A stretch of DNA of 63,993 bases, counting the filler, from Piptocephalis cylindrospora (taxonomy: Eukaryota), in assembly GCA_003614145.1 (NCBI GenBank). It is 4 parts of 4 records of this genome, joined end to end, with 100 filler letters (N's around TTAATTAATTAA, not from the genome) between each part and the next. Parts side by side here need not be neighbours in the genome. Positions count along the whole stretch, not along the records: positions 1 to 17,799 come from KZ987848.1; positions 17,900 to 35,674 come from KZ987849.1; 2 more parts are not named here. One strand, given 5' to 3'. The notes beneath the pieces are model-generated. The model did no database searches. It saw only the letters and a list, made by a program, of their open reading frames with translations, and was not told the origin of the DNA. Of this stretch, positions 11,537 to 23,095 are shown in pieces (position 1 is the first letter of the stretch; each line of letters opens with the position of its first letter). The translations under genes and the position numbers were made by a program.

Positions 11537-13386
11537 ACCGATGCAGAGTGGTTGGGGAGAGAAAGGGAGAGAGAGGAAGTGGATGCGGCTTGCGCCGAAA
11601 AGGGGACGAAAAGAGGAGGGAAAAAGGAGAAAGCGAGGACGTCACTCCTCCAGCCTTCAGGACTCCCAGCACACAGGCCTTCCCTTTATACGGCTCTGGG
11701 CAGTGCGGAGTCTTTCTCCCAGAATCGTGGCTCTTCTCACCGAGGGTGAGAAAAATGACATTACTTTGCGCATGCACGAGTGATAAGGTAACCCCCCATC
11801 CAGGGCACCATCACAGTACACCGGAGGCGGGCCGTGCCGAAAAGTTTATAGGGGTGTGCGAGAAAGGTTTCCCTCTTCCTCACCTTCAAACAGCCTGTGA
11901 ACACGGACTGCACAAATACACGGCTGGGCTTGAAACCTTCAGCAGGTTCTGAAAGATCAATGACGACGGGAGAGAAAGCTCAACCCTGGACTAAGAAGCA
12001 CCACGAAAGATCCGTTGATCGGCATCTAATGTGATTTCCGGAAGAGGCCATGCCATTGTCCCTACTATGACCATTAGGATGATGACGGAGTGTTCCCCCT
12101 AGCGTTTACATCGGACAATAATAACATGACACAAGCCAGTCCTGGTGTGAAAGCACGCGTGATCATGGGCAGCACTGGTGCGTACATACCCGCCCCTTCA
12201 ACCCAACAACACATCCATATGCTCTAGATATAATAGTATGACATTTCAAAATGCCGATGAGTTAGTCGTGACCTAGGCACACTCTGAAGAGAGTAGATAG
12301 GTAGAAGGAGCAGTTGATGACAGTGATATATAGAAGAGGACAAGGTACCAGGGCTACCATCAATATGAGTGACGGTCCCGAGGAAAGGTTTAAGCTCGTC
12401 CACCAGGCTCTACGGGTCCATTGTAGGAGGAGGAAGCCCCTGGATGGATGAGTTGGGTGGACGCTACCTCTCTAGATCCAAAAGATAAAGTGAATAGTCA
12501 ATTAATCATGACAACTGGGGCCCTATGGCCCATAGGACTATTCTGACCTAAACTTAAAGATCGGATTCCCCCACCTCCGAACATGGTCTCTTGATTGAAC
12601 AATCGTGTATTTTTTTGAGGGCCTCCACGCTAGGTTAACTACTGCAGATTTCTCAGAGAATTTCACCTTTCGACGAGAAGGCAGAAAAATCGAATACTAC
12701 CCCCTTTCTTGAACATGATCTCTTCAAGTAGCCGTACCCTTTTTAACTAACTCGGAAAATCATAGTCTACTTCGCCTTCCAGGACTGTTGGGGGCCTTGA
12801 GTATAAGCCTATTGGAGCAGTACGTGATGGTGTGCTGAGGTGTCTTTGACATCATGTCACACATGGAGTTCTTGAGGAAGCGGAGATGGGTTCGGCAAAT
12901 GAAGGTTGACAGATGCTTGGGTGAGAAAGATCGGCGAATGCTCGGGCGAACCAAAGTCTTGCAGGCAAATGGAGTGCTTGAGATGTTATTTCATTGGATA
13001 TAGACATGAATACGACAAATAGAATATACTTGAGAATGACAATCCAGATGGACCCCCTTGCTCCATAACAGAGTATTTCTGTGACGGAATGAAGCGGCAA
13101 AGGCATTGGGTGAGACCAGGATAGCGTATATGTTGACCGAGAATAAATCCCGCTTTCAAGGAATCAGCATTCTAGACACCATCAGGGTAATAAATAGCCG
13201 TGTATCATGAATCTCTCGTCTAGTACACATTTCCCTTCCTTACCCATCCCCTCCATCTTCTCAAACCCTTTGCTGATTGACTCATCTAGGTTAAACGATT
13301 CATTCAACCAACGATCCATACCCCCTCTTGTGGGCATTGACGACCCAATTTTTATTTACAATCTTCTTCACGACTTAAATACCGTC

Positions 13387-15443
13387 ATGCAACGGTCCAT
13401 GCTTTTACTTTTACCGGCGCTGTCTTTGCTAGTCCTTGTCGTTCCCACATCCACCTCACCCATCAACCCAAGTTCCTCTGTAAGCTCGACAGCCCATGAA
13501 ACTCAAAGAGATACTCTTCCTGAAGCGTCGGCCGAGGATGGTATGTGTATTTACGATGGAATCGTCCTATTTTATCACTCACCCATCCCATCCTTACAAA
13601 CACAGCCCAAGTTAAAGTGGACCAAGGAGAGATCTTGACTCCAGGTGCAGTGCAGCGCCTCCTGAAGTCGCTAGAGTTGGACGCGAGTATAAACGAGGGA
13701 AACAAGGCCAGTGCATGTCGCAAGGCTCATCACGACGTCAGCAGCCTCGGACCGAGAGCCCACTCCGAGGCACACATAGGCCTTTTACTAAGGGATGCCC
13801 TTTGCCAGGCTGTAGAGGCGCCTGAGGGTCTGATGAGCGGCACCATTTAAACTCAGATAACACGGGGGATGACACAATTTCAAGCTAATATGGCCCAGGG
13901 CGCTTTTTCCATTGCGACGAGAAAGGCCGATAGTCATCAGCTCCCTGCTCTCAAGCTGGGCCGTACTCACTTTGAGAACGACTGCATCCCCTTTGCGGGA
14001 TCCGCCCTACAAGACATCCTATCAAAAGATCCTGAAACCTTGTCCAGCATCATCTCCGCCCAGGAGCTTCTACATATGGACAAAGCCCTGTATGATTTGA
14101 CCTTTTCCCTGGATAAAAAGGGATGGGGATGGCCCCATTCCAAGACATACACTCAAACCCTCAAGCATAAGATGACCAAGTCCTTCAGCCCTTCCGAGCG
14201 GACCTGTTCCCCGAACAAGGAAGGTATCAAGGGGTGCTTGTCCAACGGACAGAAGATCTAAGAATCGATGAGCAAGGTGATACGAAAAAGACAGAGGGAC
14301 TCCACCAGTTTCCTTCACTCCCTGCTCCAAGGCGTAGATAGAAATACTAGTCGCCTCCAGAAGTCCCTAGATCATGTGGAATTGATGGTGGATGACAAGC
14401 TCAAGCGCCTGGAGGAAAGATGGAGAGTCCAGCGGGATCATTTTGATTTAGACGCAAACCAGATCAAGGAGAACCTTGAACGCCTGGCTACCGGTGAATC
14501 CATGAAGGATTTCCTGGATGCCCTGTCCCAGATATGGCAAACTTTCCTCGGTCGTGCTCTCCTCCACATTCAGCCATCATCGTATGGAAACGGGGGCTCA
14601 GGGAAGAGCCATCCCACGAATCTTAGATTTCCTGTGGCCTTGCCTGTGGATCCGTACAAGAAGGAGAGATGGCTCAAGCATAATCTCTTTGCCCATCCTC
14701 CCCCCCAGCTCCGTCTCCTTGAATCCAATGACATTGCTCATATCAGTGATTTTCTCTTTAGGCGGGAGCAGGCCAAGGAAATTCCTTCCCGGTCCCTGTG
14801 CAAGATCCGAGGCCATATGCTCATGCACGGCTGGGGTGGATCCCAAGCCGTGGAACAAATGCTGGGCATTGAAGCCCCTGAAGAAGCCCTGGATGACTTT
14901 TGCTTCTTACGACCCTCATACCCTCGGGGCCTGCTCGTCGAGTGGATGGATGACCTCCTCGCCATTGCTCATGTTGGCCGGTTGAACAATGCATGGGTCT
15001 GGGGCCGATCCACCTTTGTGGTCAAGTACACCACCAAGTATTCGGGTGGAAAGGTTCGATTGAACAAGACGACTAATTCTCCCTATATCTCCTCCTCCAT
15101 GCGCGAGAAATTCAAAGACATCGCCGTGATCCTCGATAAAGCGGTGGTAGTCAGCCGTCAACGCGATCATCTCCCATATGCCCAGAAGCAGGCCATGATC
15201 CCGGACATTTCCAAATATGTGCCCTTGGTCGTCTCTGTTCCAGGACCTATCCCAGGCTTTCCCCGGGCCCATCCGTCGCCACCTCATGGATATCCTTCGT
15301 TCCAAGTCTACTATAGTTTACCGGAAAATCTTGGATTATACCGCCTGCATTTGTTTGTCCTGGTGGCGATTCTTATTTTGAATGAAGACTATGCTTTCTT
15401 TTTGGTTCCTGTTATTGAGTATGGATTTATGGATGACCGATGA
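13387..15443 (+). pseudogene. orphan secreted protein gene interrupted by two in-frame TAA codons (pseudogene, or short cryptic introns)
   Basis: Signal peptide MQRSMLLLLPALSLLVLVVPTSTS-P and an intron ~13541-13605. ORFs 13545-13850, 13869-14261 and 14268-15443 share one frame, separated only by TAA at 13848-13850 and 14259-14261. Confidence 0.6.
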
Positions 15444-15766
15444 TAACAACATATAGGCAACGCACAAGAAGGGAGGAAAGGAGGATATATGGCTTTTAGA
15501 ATAATAGAGCATCGTTGCCTTTTGCATGACACCGTCTCTTCCATAAATCGGATTTTGTCTATTGGAAACAAGAATGGGTTGATGATGACAGATCGCGCTT
15601 ATGTACCCCTCAAGAGTGTTGAAAGAAAGAAAGTTCCATCCATAGTCATCAGATATCATTTATCCCCGCTGGACCAGTCGACCAGGCTTGGGACACAGAA
15701 ATCCCTCGTCCATCCACCTGCTCTCTCCTTCTGTTTCCCCTAGCACCTTGCTGACCTTGCCTGATC

Positions 15767-16608
15767 ATGTCAGCACCAGTCACCATTGAGGACCATGACC
15801 TGCCCAAGGCCATCCTACAACGCCTTGTCAAGGCTGCGGTAAGTGTGTCTTGAATTGTATTCTTTGATGGGTTGGGGCTCCTTGCCATCCCCAAGACTCA
15901 TCCTCTTTTCTCCATAGCTCCCAGAGGGTGTTCTTTTGCAAAAGGATGCGCGGTCTGCCCTGTCCCGGTCCACCACCGTCTTCATCAATTATCTCGCTGC
16001 GACGTAAGTCCCTCACCCCTCGTCTATCCCTATAGCCTTCCCTTATTATGATTATGATTATGATTATGATTATGATTGACATGTCAGCATGGACCCTTCT
16101 CCAGCGCAAATGACATAGTAAGGAAGGCGAACCGCAAGACCATTAGCAAGGATGATGTTCTCAAGGCCATACAGACGCTGGAGCTTCAAGAGTTCCTTCC
16201 TATTATGGAAGCTGAATATTTGGGTAAGGGAGGGGATGATGGATAGATAGGATGGTGTACTCATGCCCTACTCCATGACACGTAGAGTGGAAGAGGATTC
16301 AGGATGAAAAAAAGACAAAAAAGAGTCAGACGCGTGGAGCCTCGACTACCGGCGCTTCTGTCACCTCGGATAAGCCTGCGGAAGAGGAAGAGGAAGAGGA
16401 AGAGGAGGAGGAGGAGGAAGAAGAGGACGATGAGATGGAGGAAGAGACTACTTCCTCCAGCCCCATGGTCAAGGCCATGGAGCCAAGGGGGAAGAAATCA
16501 GGAGGCAAGCAGGATGAGGATGTGGAAATGGGGAGTTGGGAGGGCGGGAGCGACCTGAGCGACCCGGGAACCGTGACCGAGGACGAGGCCATGTCCCATG
16601 GGGAGTGA
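15767..16608 (+). CDS. DPB4: DNA polymerase epsilon / CHRAC histone-fold subunit Dpb4 (POLE3), 4 exons
   Basis: MSAPVTIEDHDLPKAILQRLVKAA|LPEGVLLQKDARSALSRSTTVFINYLAAT|ANDIVRKANRKTISKDDVLKAI histone fold with acidic poly-Glu tail; missed by the ORF track because of introns. Confidence 0.9.
16044..16077. repeat. (ATTATG)n hexamer tandem repeat in DPB4 intron 2
   Basis: About 5-6 units of attatg. Confidence 0.85.
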
Positions 16609-16878
16609 TTGATGTACTCAGGGACGCTTGATCTGAGTGGAATGAAGAACAACAAGATACCCTTTACACCTTCTGGCTCATAGCATCAATGGAAGGCGCG
16701 AGGGCAGGATGAGACAAAAACATTCACTTTCATTGACTGAGTGGCCATGAGGAATCGTCTCAAGCAGGGCAGGGATGTAATACTGGATGCATCCAATAAT
16801 TTCATCTACGAAAGGCCCAACCCTCATCACCACCATCCATACGGATTAACACAGAGTGCTGGCATGACATGATAGGAA

Positions 16879-17527
16879 TTACACGGTACGCCGATCAGTG
16901 AGAGCCCGGACAATGGATCCGGTCCCAGTAACCTCTATGAGCTAAGGGGGAGAGAGAAGGATCAGAAGGGTATCTTTCTCCTCTTCCCATCCTCCAACTC
17001 ACCTTTTCATGCCAGGTCAAAAGAGGGCCACAGTGGACACCCTTGGGAGAGGACCATCCACGGTAAAGATATTTGATAAGGAGATCCCTTTCATCCGTGT
17101 CAAGCTGCTCCACGATGCCAGCAATCTCGCTAGATCGAGTTCCCATCAGGACCTCCAGGACCGTCTTGCACGACGTGTTCTATTCAAAAATGAGTGGTGA
17201 GATGAAATAGGAGAATGAGTAGAGGAGTATCATACCTTGGATTGATCCCGGTCGGGACCATACGGGGGATCCTGCAAAGCTCGCTTCACTGCCCCAACCG
17301 CATCTCCTCTGTGGGCGACGGGGATGGGTGAGTAATCCACCCTGCACTCCCAACCTTCACAGAAAGATATACCGTTGAAGAAGATTTCGCACATCTCCCT
17401 GTCGAGCTTCAGCTAGAGAAAGGGCCTCCTCTGGAGTCTCCTTGACCTGAGCCGTCTCGGGTAAGTAGTCAGAGGACTGGAATGCCTCGGCCTCCAAGGC
17501 GTCAATGTCAATTTTACGGAAGGACAT
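16879..17527 (-). CDS. ARC15: Arp2/3 complex subunit ARPC5 (p16-Arc), 4 exons
   Basis: MSFRKIDIDALE..ALQDPPYG..DLLIKYLYRG..LLTWHEK|LIEVTGTGSIVRALTDRRTV*. Confidence 0.95.
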
Positions 17528-17799
17528 TTTTGATGGGTTGGGATGGAATCAAATGTGGGATGGGATGGGATGTGATATGGGATGGGGGGGGAAGTAAAGG
17601 CTAGGGTTGCACCTTGTCTTGATCTCGGTCACAACCGCCCCACAAATACAACCCCGCAACCGCGTGGTCGGGGTGGGGTGGGGAGCCGGAGGGTGGGGGG
17701 GGGTTGGTCCTTTTCAGGGTTGCGGGGGGGGGGGGGGGCATGCTCGTGGTGTTCCCGGGGTCCGGAAGAGTTTGGGGGGGGATGGAAGGGTGGCTGTTG

Positions 17800-17899
17800 N
17801 NNNNNNNNNNNNNNNNNNNNNNNNNNNNNNNNNNNNNNNNNNNTTAATTAATTAANNNNNNNNNNNNNNNNNNNNNNNNNNNNNNNNNNNNNNNNNNNN
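17800..17899. other. artificial contig-joining spacer N44-TTAATTAATTAA-N44
   Basis: 100-bp spacer with a six-frame stop cassette; identical copies at 35675 and 53457. Confidence 0.97.
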
Positions 17900-18149
17900 C
17901 CAAAGGCGAAAAAACCCAAGGCTAAACCCCCAAAGGACAAAACAAAAAAACAAAAGCCCAAAAAGGTAAAAAAAAAAAAGGAAAAGACTGCTTAGAACGA
18001 TTAAAAAAAATGATCACTTGCAAAAAAAACACCATCTTTTCCGAATACTTATAATTGTATGATTTAAAGGATGAAAAAAAAAAAAGGAAATTGAAAAAAG
18101 GGAAATTAATTAAGAAAAGGAAAAAAGGAAAAAGGGCCAAAAGGGGGTA

Positions 18150-18180
<31 letters not shown>

Positions 18181-20843
18181 GGAGGAGGAGGGAAGCAAAA
18201 GTAAATCTAAGAAAAGGAAGGACGGTCAACGGGAGAAGGAATCAAGGAGAGGAAAGGCGATGGTGTAATCCTAATAAGGTTTTTGAGATACGGGGATGGG
18301 AGATTGAATGTCTAAAAGAGAGGGAGATGGGGTAATCGTAGAAGGTACGGCGATGAAAAGAGGGGGGTAATTTGAAAGAGGCTCTAGGAAGTATAGGAAT
18401 CAGGGAGGGAGGGGAGGGTTCAAGGGTAATGGTGGGAAGAGAAGGGAGGATGGTGAAGAGGGAAGATGAGGATGCTTCTTGGAGGAGGGATTCATTCTTC
18501 TCATGGTATTATATGCTTTATCCTTCATTCTGGACCCCTCCTCTCCCTTGTACCACCTTCGCTCATAGGGTCTTGGCCCCCCTCCCCTTCCTTGGTCCCC
18601 TTTCTCATCCTGGGAAGGAGAGAAAAGAGCATATCTAGTGCTCAGGAGACCTGTCACAGGATATCGAGGAGATGGATAGGTGTTATGGTGGGTGGAGATG
18701 TGTGTGTGTAATGAGAGCCTGAGGGCTATTCGCGTGCCCCTGGATTCAAAGGTACCGCTAAGCATCCAGTGGTAAGGAAGATCCTTTGATTCATCCCACT
18801 CTGCATGTATGATGCGTTAAAGGGATGTTGTCGTTATCCAATGGAATGGGGCAAAGTCCTCGAGGTATTTAGTGCGTATTACCTCGGAGGCAAGGTCATC
18901 GAATGGCTCCTAGGTGCGGTGGTGACTATGGGAGACCTATGGTCCGGTCATCCCTCCTTGCCAGCAAGAATGACCTCTTTCATGGGCTAGACCTCTCGTG
19001 AGGAATGTCACTCTTGAAGGGAGATGCTTCATCAATATCATCCTTCCTCATTTCATGGGGCCAGGCTTGTCAAATAGGGCTTCTCTATGTTCTCAAACTT
19101 CCCCTTGACATCTCCAAAGAATTGTGTTAAGTGGATAATGAAACAAGCTGTATCCTTGATTTTTAGAAATATGTACATCCTACAATGTCGTGAAACCGTA
19201 TCAGGATGCCCTATGAGTAATCCATTGGTCATCCGAGGAAACAATGCCTGTCCGTCATCTCAGGTTCCCTGAAAACAGAAATTTCAAGGGATAGGAAGAC
19301 GACTAGATGGTTGCGAATCCTTAAATTTAAACATCTTAGAGACCCCCGCCTCTTCCCCACCATTTATATATATATATAGGAGAGAATGGATGCCGTCGTG
19401 AACGCTCTAGGAGAGATGTGACATTGGTACAATGGCTCCTAGTCATGGATTCATCATGATGTCATCCTTGCAATGCCCTCGGTTTCCTGGTGACCATCTT
19501 ACCCGTAAACCAGTTTCCTGACAGACAAAGAATTAATGATGCAGAGCTTCCTGTTACCCCGACCACGTCTAAGAGTCCATGGGATACGAAAATATCCAGT
19601 AGGAAGGGGGAGGGATCCATAGGGATTCTCAGGGGAGCTGGAGAGAGTCTGATATGCCATGGCCGAGTTGAGTAAAGCAATGATGGGGAGAGGGGGCGAA
19701 GAAGGGGAATACATCTCCATCAGGGGTATATGCTTTGTAAGAGTCAGGTTACGCTTGACATGCCGTTCAAGTTGCACAGACTTGTGCTCTTACCTCCTTC
19801 CAACATCCTTGCATAACCATCGTCTCCTCTTCTTGTGCCCATTCTACATACACAGCGAATCCCAATCAGACAGACCTATCAGAATCAATTGCCTCGGCTG
19901 AACAGATGATCTGACCAGCAGGAGAATGGAGGGGGGGATCGGCAGGCGGTCCGACAGGGAAAGTGAGGCTGGTCTGCCTCATGCTCCCTAGGGTTTGTGA
20001 ACTCCGCTCAGCCTTCCATTCGCCCATCCACCCCGTGTCAGGATGGGCACTTCTCGTGGAAACTCCGTTAGCAAGGTTGTTATGCCCATCCCCGCATGAG
20101 CCAATGAGGTTTTCGGGATGGTGAAAACTCCGCTGAGAGGAAGGCTGATAACAGCATTTCCTGCGCAACTTAAGCCCCCCTTGGACTCCTTCCTTTCCCC
20201 CATCCCCCTCATCGCTTACATGATGAGAATCCTGCAAGGGAACGGGAAAAAAAGGTTGGATCAACGACGAGGCCAGCGGGCAAAGGGGATGGGAGGCCAA
20301 AGGGCTCGTCAGTGCCGACGGGGCCCTTGAGGTCATTCTTGCCTGCCACCCGGCCGCTTCCACGCGCAATCTTCTCTTCATAGGGCGGATAGAAAAAGAT
20401 AGTCGGTGAAAGGGCATCAGCCAGTCTAAAAGATCCCATGTCATTTGAGTTTACTATCCGTCAGATTGACTTGAGGATGAAGGAAGAAGTTTCATCCATC
20501 ACCGAACACCATCCGTATGGATATATGAAGAAGAAGTATTCATCAAAATACTTTGATGGTCCCTCCTCCTTTTCTCTCTCTCTCTTTCCTTTCTCTGCTC
20601 GACCCCCACTCGTCTTTCACCTTAGTCGTTCCCCATCCTTATCTATTTGCTTAAACTGTCTGTACTTTCTCCAGACTCTTTCTCTTCTTCCTACACGGAA
20701 ATCATCCTGCTTCAACCTCTCTGACTAGCCAAATACCGTACCATTTCTCTTGTCATATCCACGCTGTGTATCCCAGCGCCAGTCCATTAAGAAGCGTAAA
20801 GTACTTATTTTCCTATCAGTAGCATCGAATCCTTCTTACCAGC

Positions 20844-22584
20844 ATGTTCAGTGTCCCCGAAAATAAACATTCGATGCATCCAGAGCAGACTTCTACATCA
20901 TGCATGACACTTATCGAGGAGGAACAGGCTTCGTGGAGGATGCAGAACAAGAGTAGTTCTAGTCATCCGTCTGAGATGGATCAGGGAGGCTCACGTCCTC
21001 CTCGATCAGACTCACTTTCTCAGAGCCTTTCCTCAAACTGCCCTGGACCCAGCCTCGTCATGCCTACCCCACGATCCAAATTTTTGCATTCTTCGAACAT
21101 CCTCTCCTCCGGGACCGCACCGCCTAGTGGGTCTACTTGCTCCATAACGAGCTCTTCTATGACCGTCTATCCATCAATCTTCCCCACCACCCCGCCCCCT
21201 GGACCCATACTACCATCTTCTCAATCCTCCTCTCAATCCTCCTCTGCATCCTCCACCCATTCCCAGGCTGCAGGATCCATGAAAGTTAATGGAAAGTACT
21301 ATGTTGGGTCCTATCATCGCCCACCACTTCTTCGACACGCCTCGGGATATAGCCTGGAGGAGGGGGAAAGAGCTAGTGGAATGGGCCATTCTATCCCAAA
21401 GACGGAACCCCTTACTCCTACATTCCCTATGGATCTTCCTGTATCCTCGCTGATGGCCGGGGATTCGACTGTACGATCAAGCCGACTTTCCCTTCGACGC
21501 GAGTCGTTGAGCCAAGCCTCTAAGACCAGTACCGCCTCAAGAGGTACCCTGTCGTGCACCCCGGAGCCCAGGGCTTCCCCAATGAGCGGGATTTCAGGTA
21601 CACCAGGTCTCTCTTCCACACCTCTACGAGAAGATTGGTGCCTATGGGGTTCTTCAGAGGCCCAAGGAGCGGGAAATTTAACTGGTGTGAGTGTGATGGC
21701 CGGGGGCGGAGGATTCAACCATAGTCTGGGGGGGAGGGTCTCTTGGGGAGAGGAGCGGGGGGACACACGGATCCTTTGATCAGCGGTATGCAACAATTGA
21801 TTGCATTCGATCAGATGAATACTCCACAACACCTCTATGGAGAGCACGGGATACGATGCGTGGAGGTCTTGTCCTGATTATGGTCATGTATTTGCCTCAC
21901 CCAAGTGATACCCTAGTCCCGGAGTCCCCCTTACCATCTGCCATCTTCCTAGCCCAGCAATTGGCGCACATTCCTGGAATATTGGCCCCCTTGGATTGTT
22001 ACTATACTGGCAATGACTGGGTCATCATCTATCCCTGGTTTGGCGAGGTGTGGGGCCGGTGTCCGAAGCAACGAGGTATCACCCTTCTGGACATGATGGA
22101 GGCTCATGGGGGGATCCTTAGTGAGCAGCTCTCCCGAATCATCCTTCGGGAGGTGGTGTCTATCCTAGTGGAAGTGCACGCCATGGGCTTGGCGCATGGA
22201 GGGATCCATCCTCAAAACCTCCTAGTGAATTCCCGGTACGAGGTCCGTCTCATGGACTTTCACCACTCGGTAGCACGACCCCAGTCGGGCGCGTCCCACA
22301 CTCCAGCCGACCCGGCTGCTGAGGCATCACCCTTTGATCATCCGGACTCTGCAGTGATGGATGCATGGTCCCTGGGCATATTGATGTATCGCATGCTCGA
22401 AGGTTGCCTTCCTTGGCCATCAACCCACTTGGCCCAGAAACGCCAGTGGCGACTGGACGGCTGGGTAGGAAGTGCGGAAGCCAAATGGACTGTGGAGTGT
22501 CTCCTCGATCCTAATCCCTTTACTCGCTGGACCGTGCAGAATCTCAAGGAGAGTGCATGGCTTACAGCACCTCCCACTCCATGA
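20844..22584 (+). CDS. Ser/Thr pseudokinase (PAS/PIM-kinase-like fold) with Ser-rich N-terminus; frame break near 21700-21780
   Basis: Kinase subdomains visible: FDQRY..LWRARD..GLVLIM, LAHGGIHPQNLLV..VRLMDFH, DAWSLGILMYRMLEGCLPW, LLDPNPFTRWT. The N-terminal ORF 20844-21779 overlaps the kinase frame, which is open from 21697. Confidence 0.7.
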
Positions 22585-23095
22585 CCAAGTAGATCATTTG
22601 AGATGACCTCTCCCCTTCCGGGAAGGAGAAAGAAGTGTTGACTGTATCGTCTGTGCTCATCAAGGGAATATGTGTAGTATTGATGATGATCATCCATTAA
22701 AAACTACAGTCATTCTTTCCATTGGCTGGGGCATAGTATTTGCGATGAATGAATTTAAAGGAAGGGGCACAATGACGTGTGTGGCCAAAGACACCAAGGG
22801 CGAGGTCTTCACCCCATTGCTTGTGGCAAGCCTAATAGGGAAATTTAATATATGGCCAAATTATGATACATTTAGCCAATTTTTGCCCTCAATAGAAATT
22901 CATCACGCTGTGAGCGTGCACGCTGCCTTCATCCCTCTCACACATTTGCCTCGAGCTGATTTTTCTTTTTTTTGGAGAAAAGGCCGCAAGAGGACCTTGG
23001 AGCAAACCAGCCTTGAAAGGACCACAGCCTTCCTTTCCTTTCCGTTTCAGCTCATCCATTCCTCATCCCTTGTTTTTGAAGGAATCTCAACGATC

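Noticed and set aside
12099..12111. 13-mer CTAGCGTTTACAT shared with 29133-29145
   Set aside because: Dozens of 13-bp matches are expected by chance within 64 kb.
13848..14261. Genome-wide reassignment of TAA, or of TGA to selenocysteine
   Set aside because: Conserved genes end correctly at TAA, TAG and TGA, and none has an internal stop. The in-frame TGA at 31635-31637 lies in a hydrophobic leader, not a redox motif.
8876..16608. SLD5 and DPB4 as a DNA-replication gene cluster
   Set aside because: They are separated by unrelated genes, and two replication genes in 18 kb of a gene-dense genome is unremarkable.
17362..17372. ARC15 intron 1 donor GTATATCTTT resembling a U12-type donor
   Set aside because: It does not match GTATCCTT, and the branch site is U2-like (ACTCAC) with no TCCTTAAC.
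17844..17855. Palindromic TTAATTAATTAA recurring about every 17.8 kb (also at 35719 and 53501)
   Set aside because: It is an artificial six-frame-stop linker within N padding. The regular spacing reflects contigs sorted by length (17799, 17775, 17682 bp), so it is not biological, and ORFs running into it are artefacts.
17900..18200. A-rich segment and ORF 17922-18140
   Set aside because: This is low-quality contig-end sequence beside a poly-G run, and the Phe-rich ORF is a compositional artefact.
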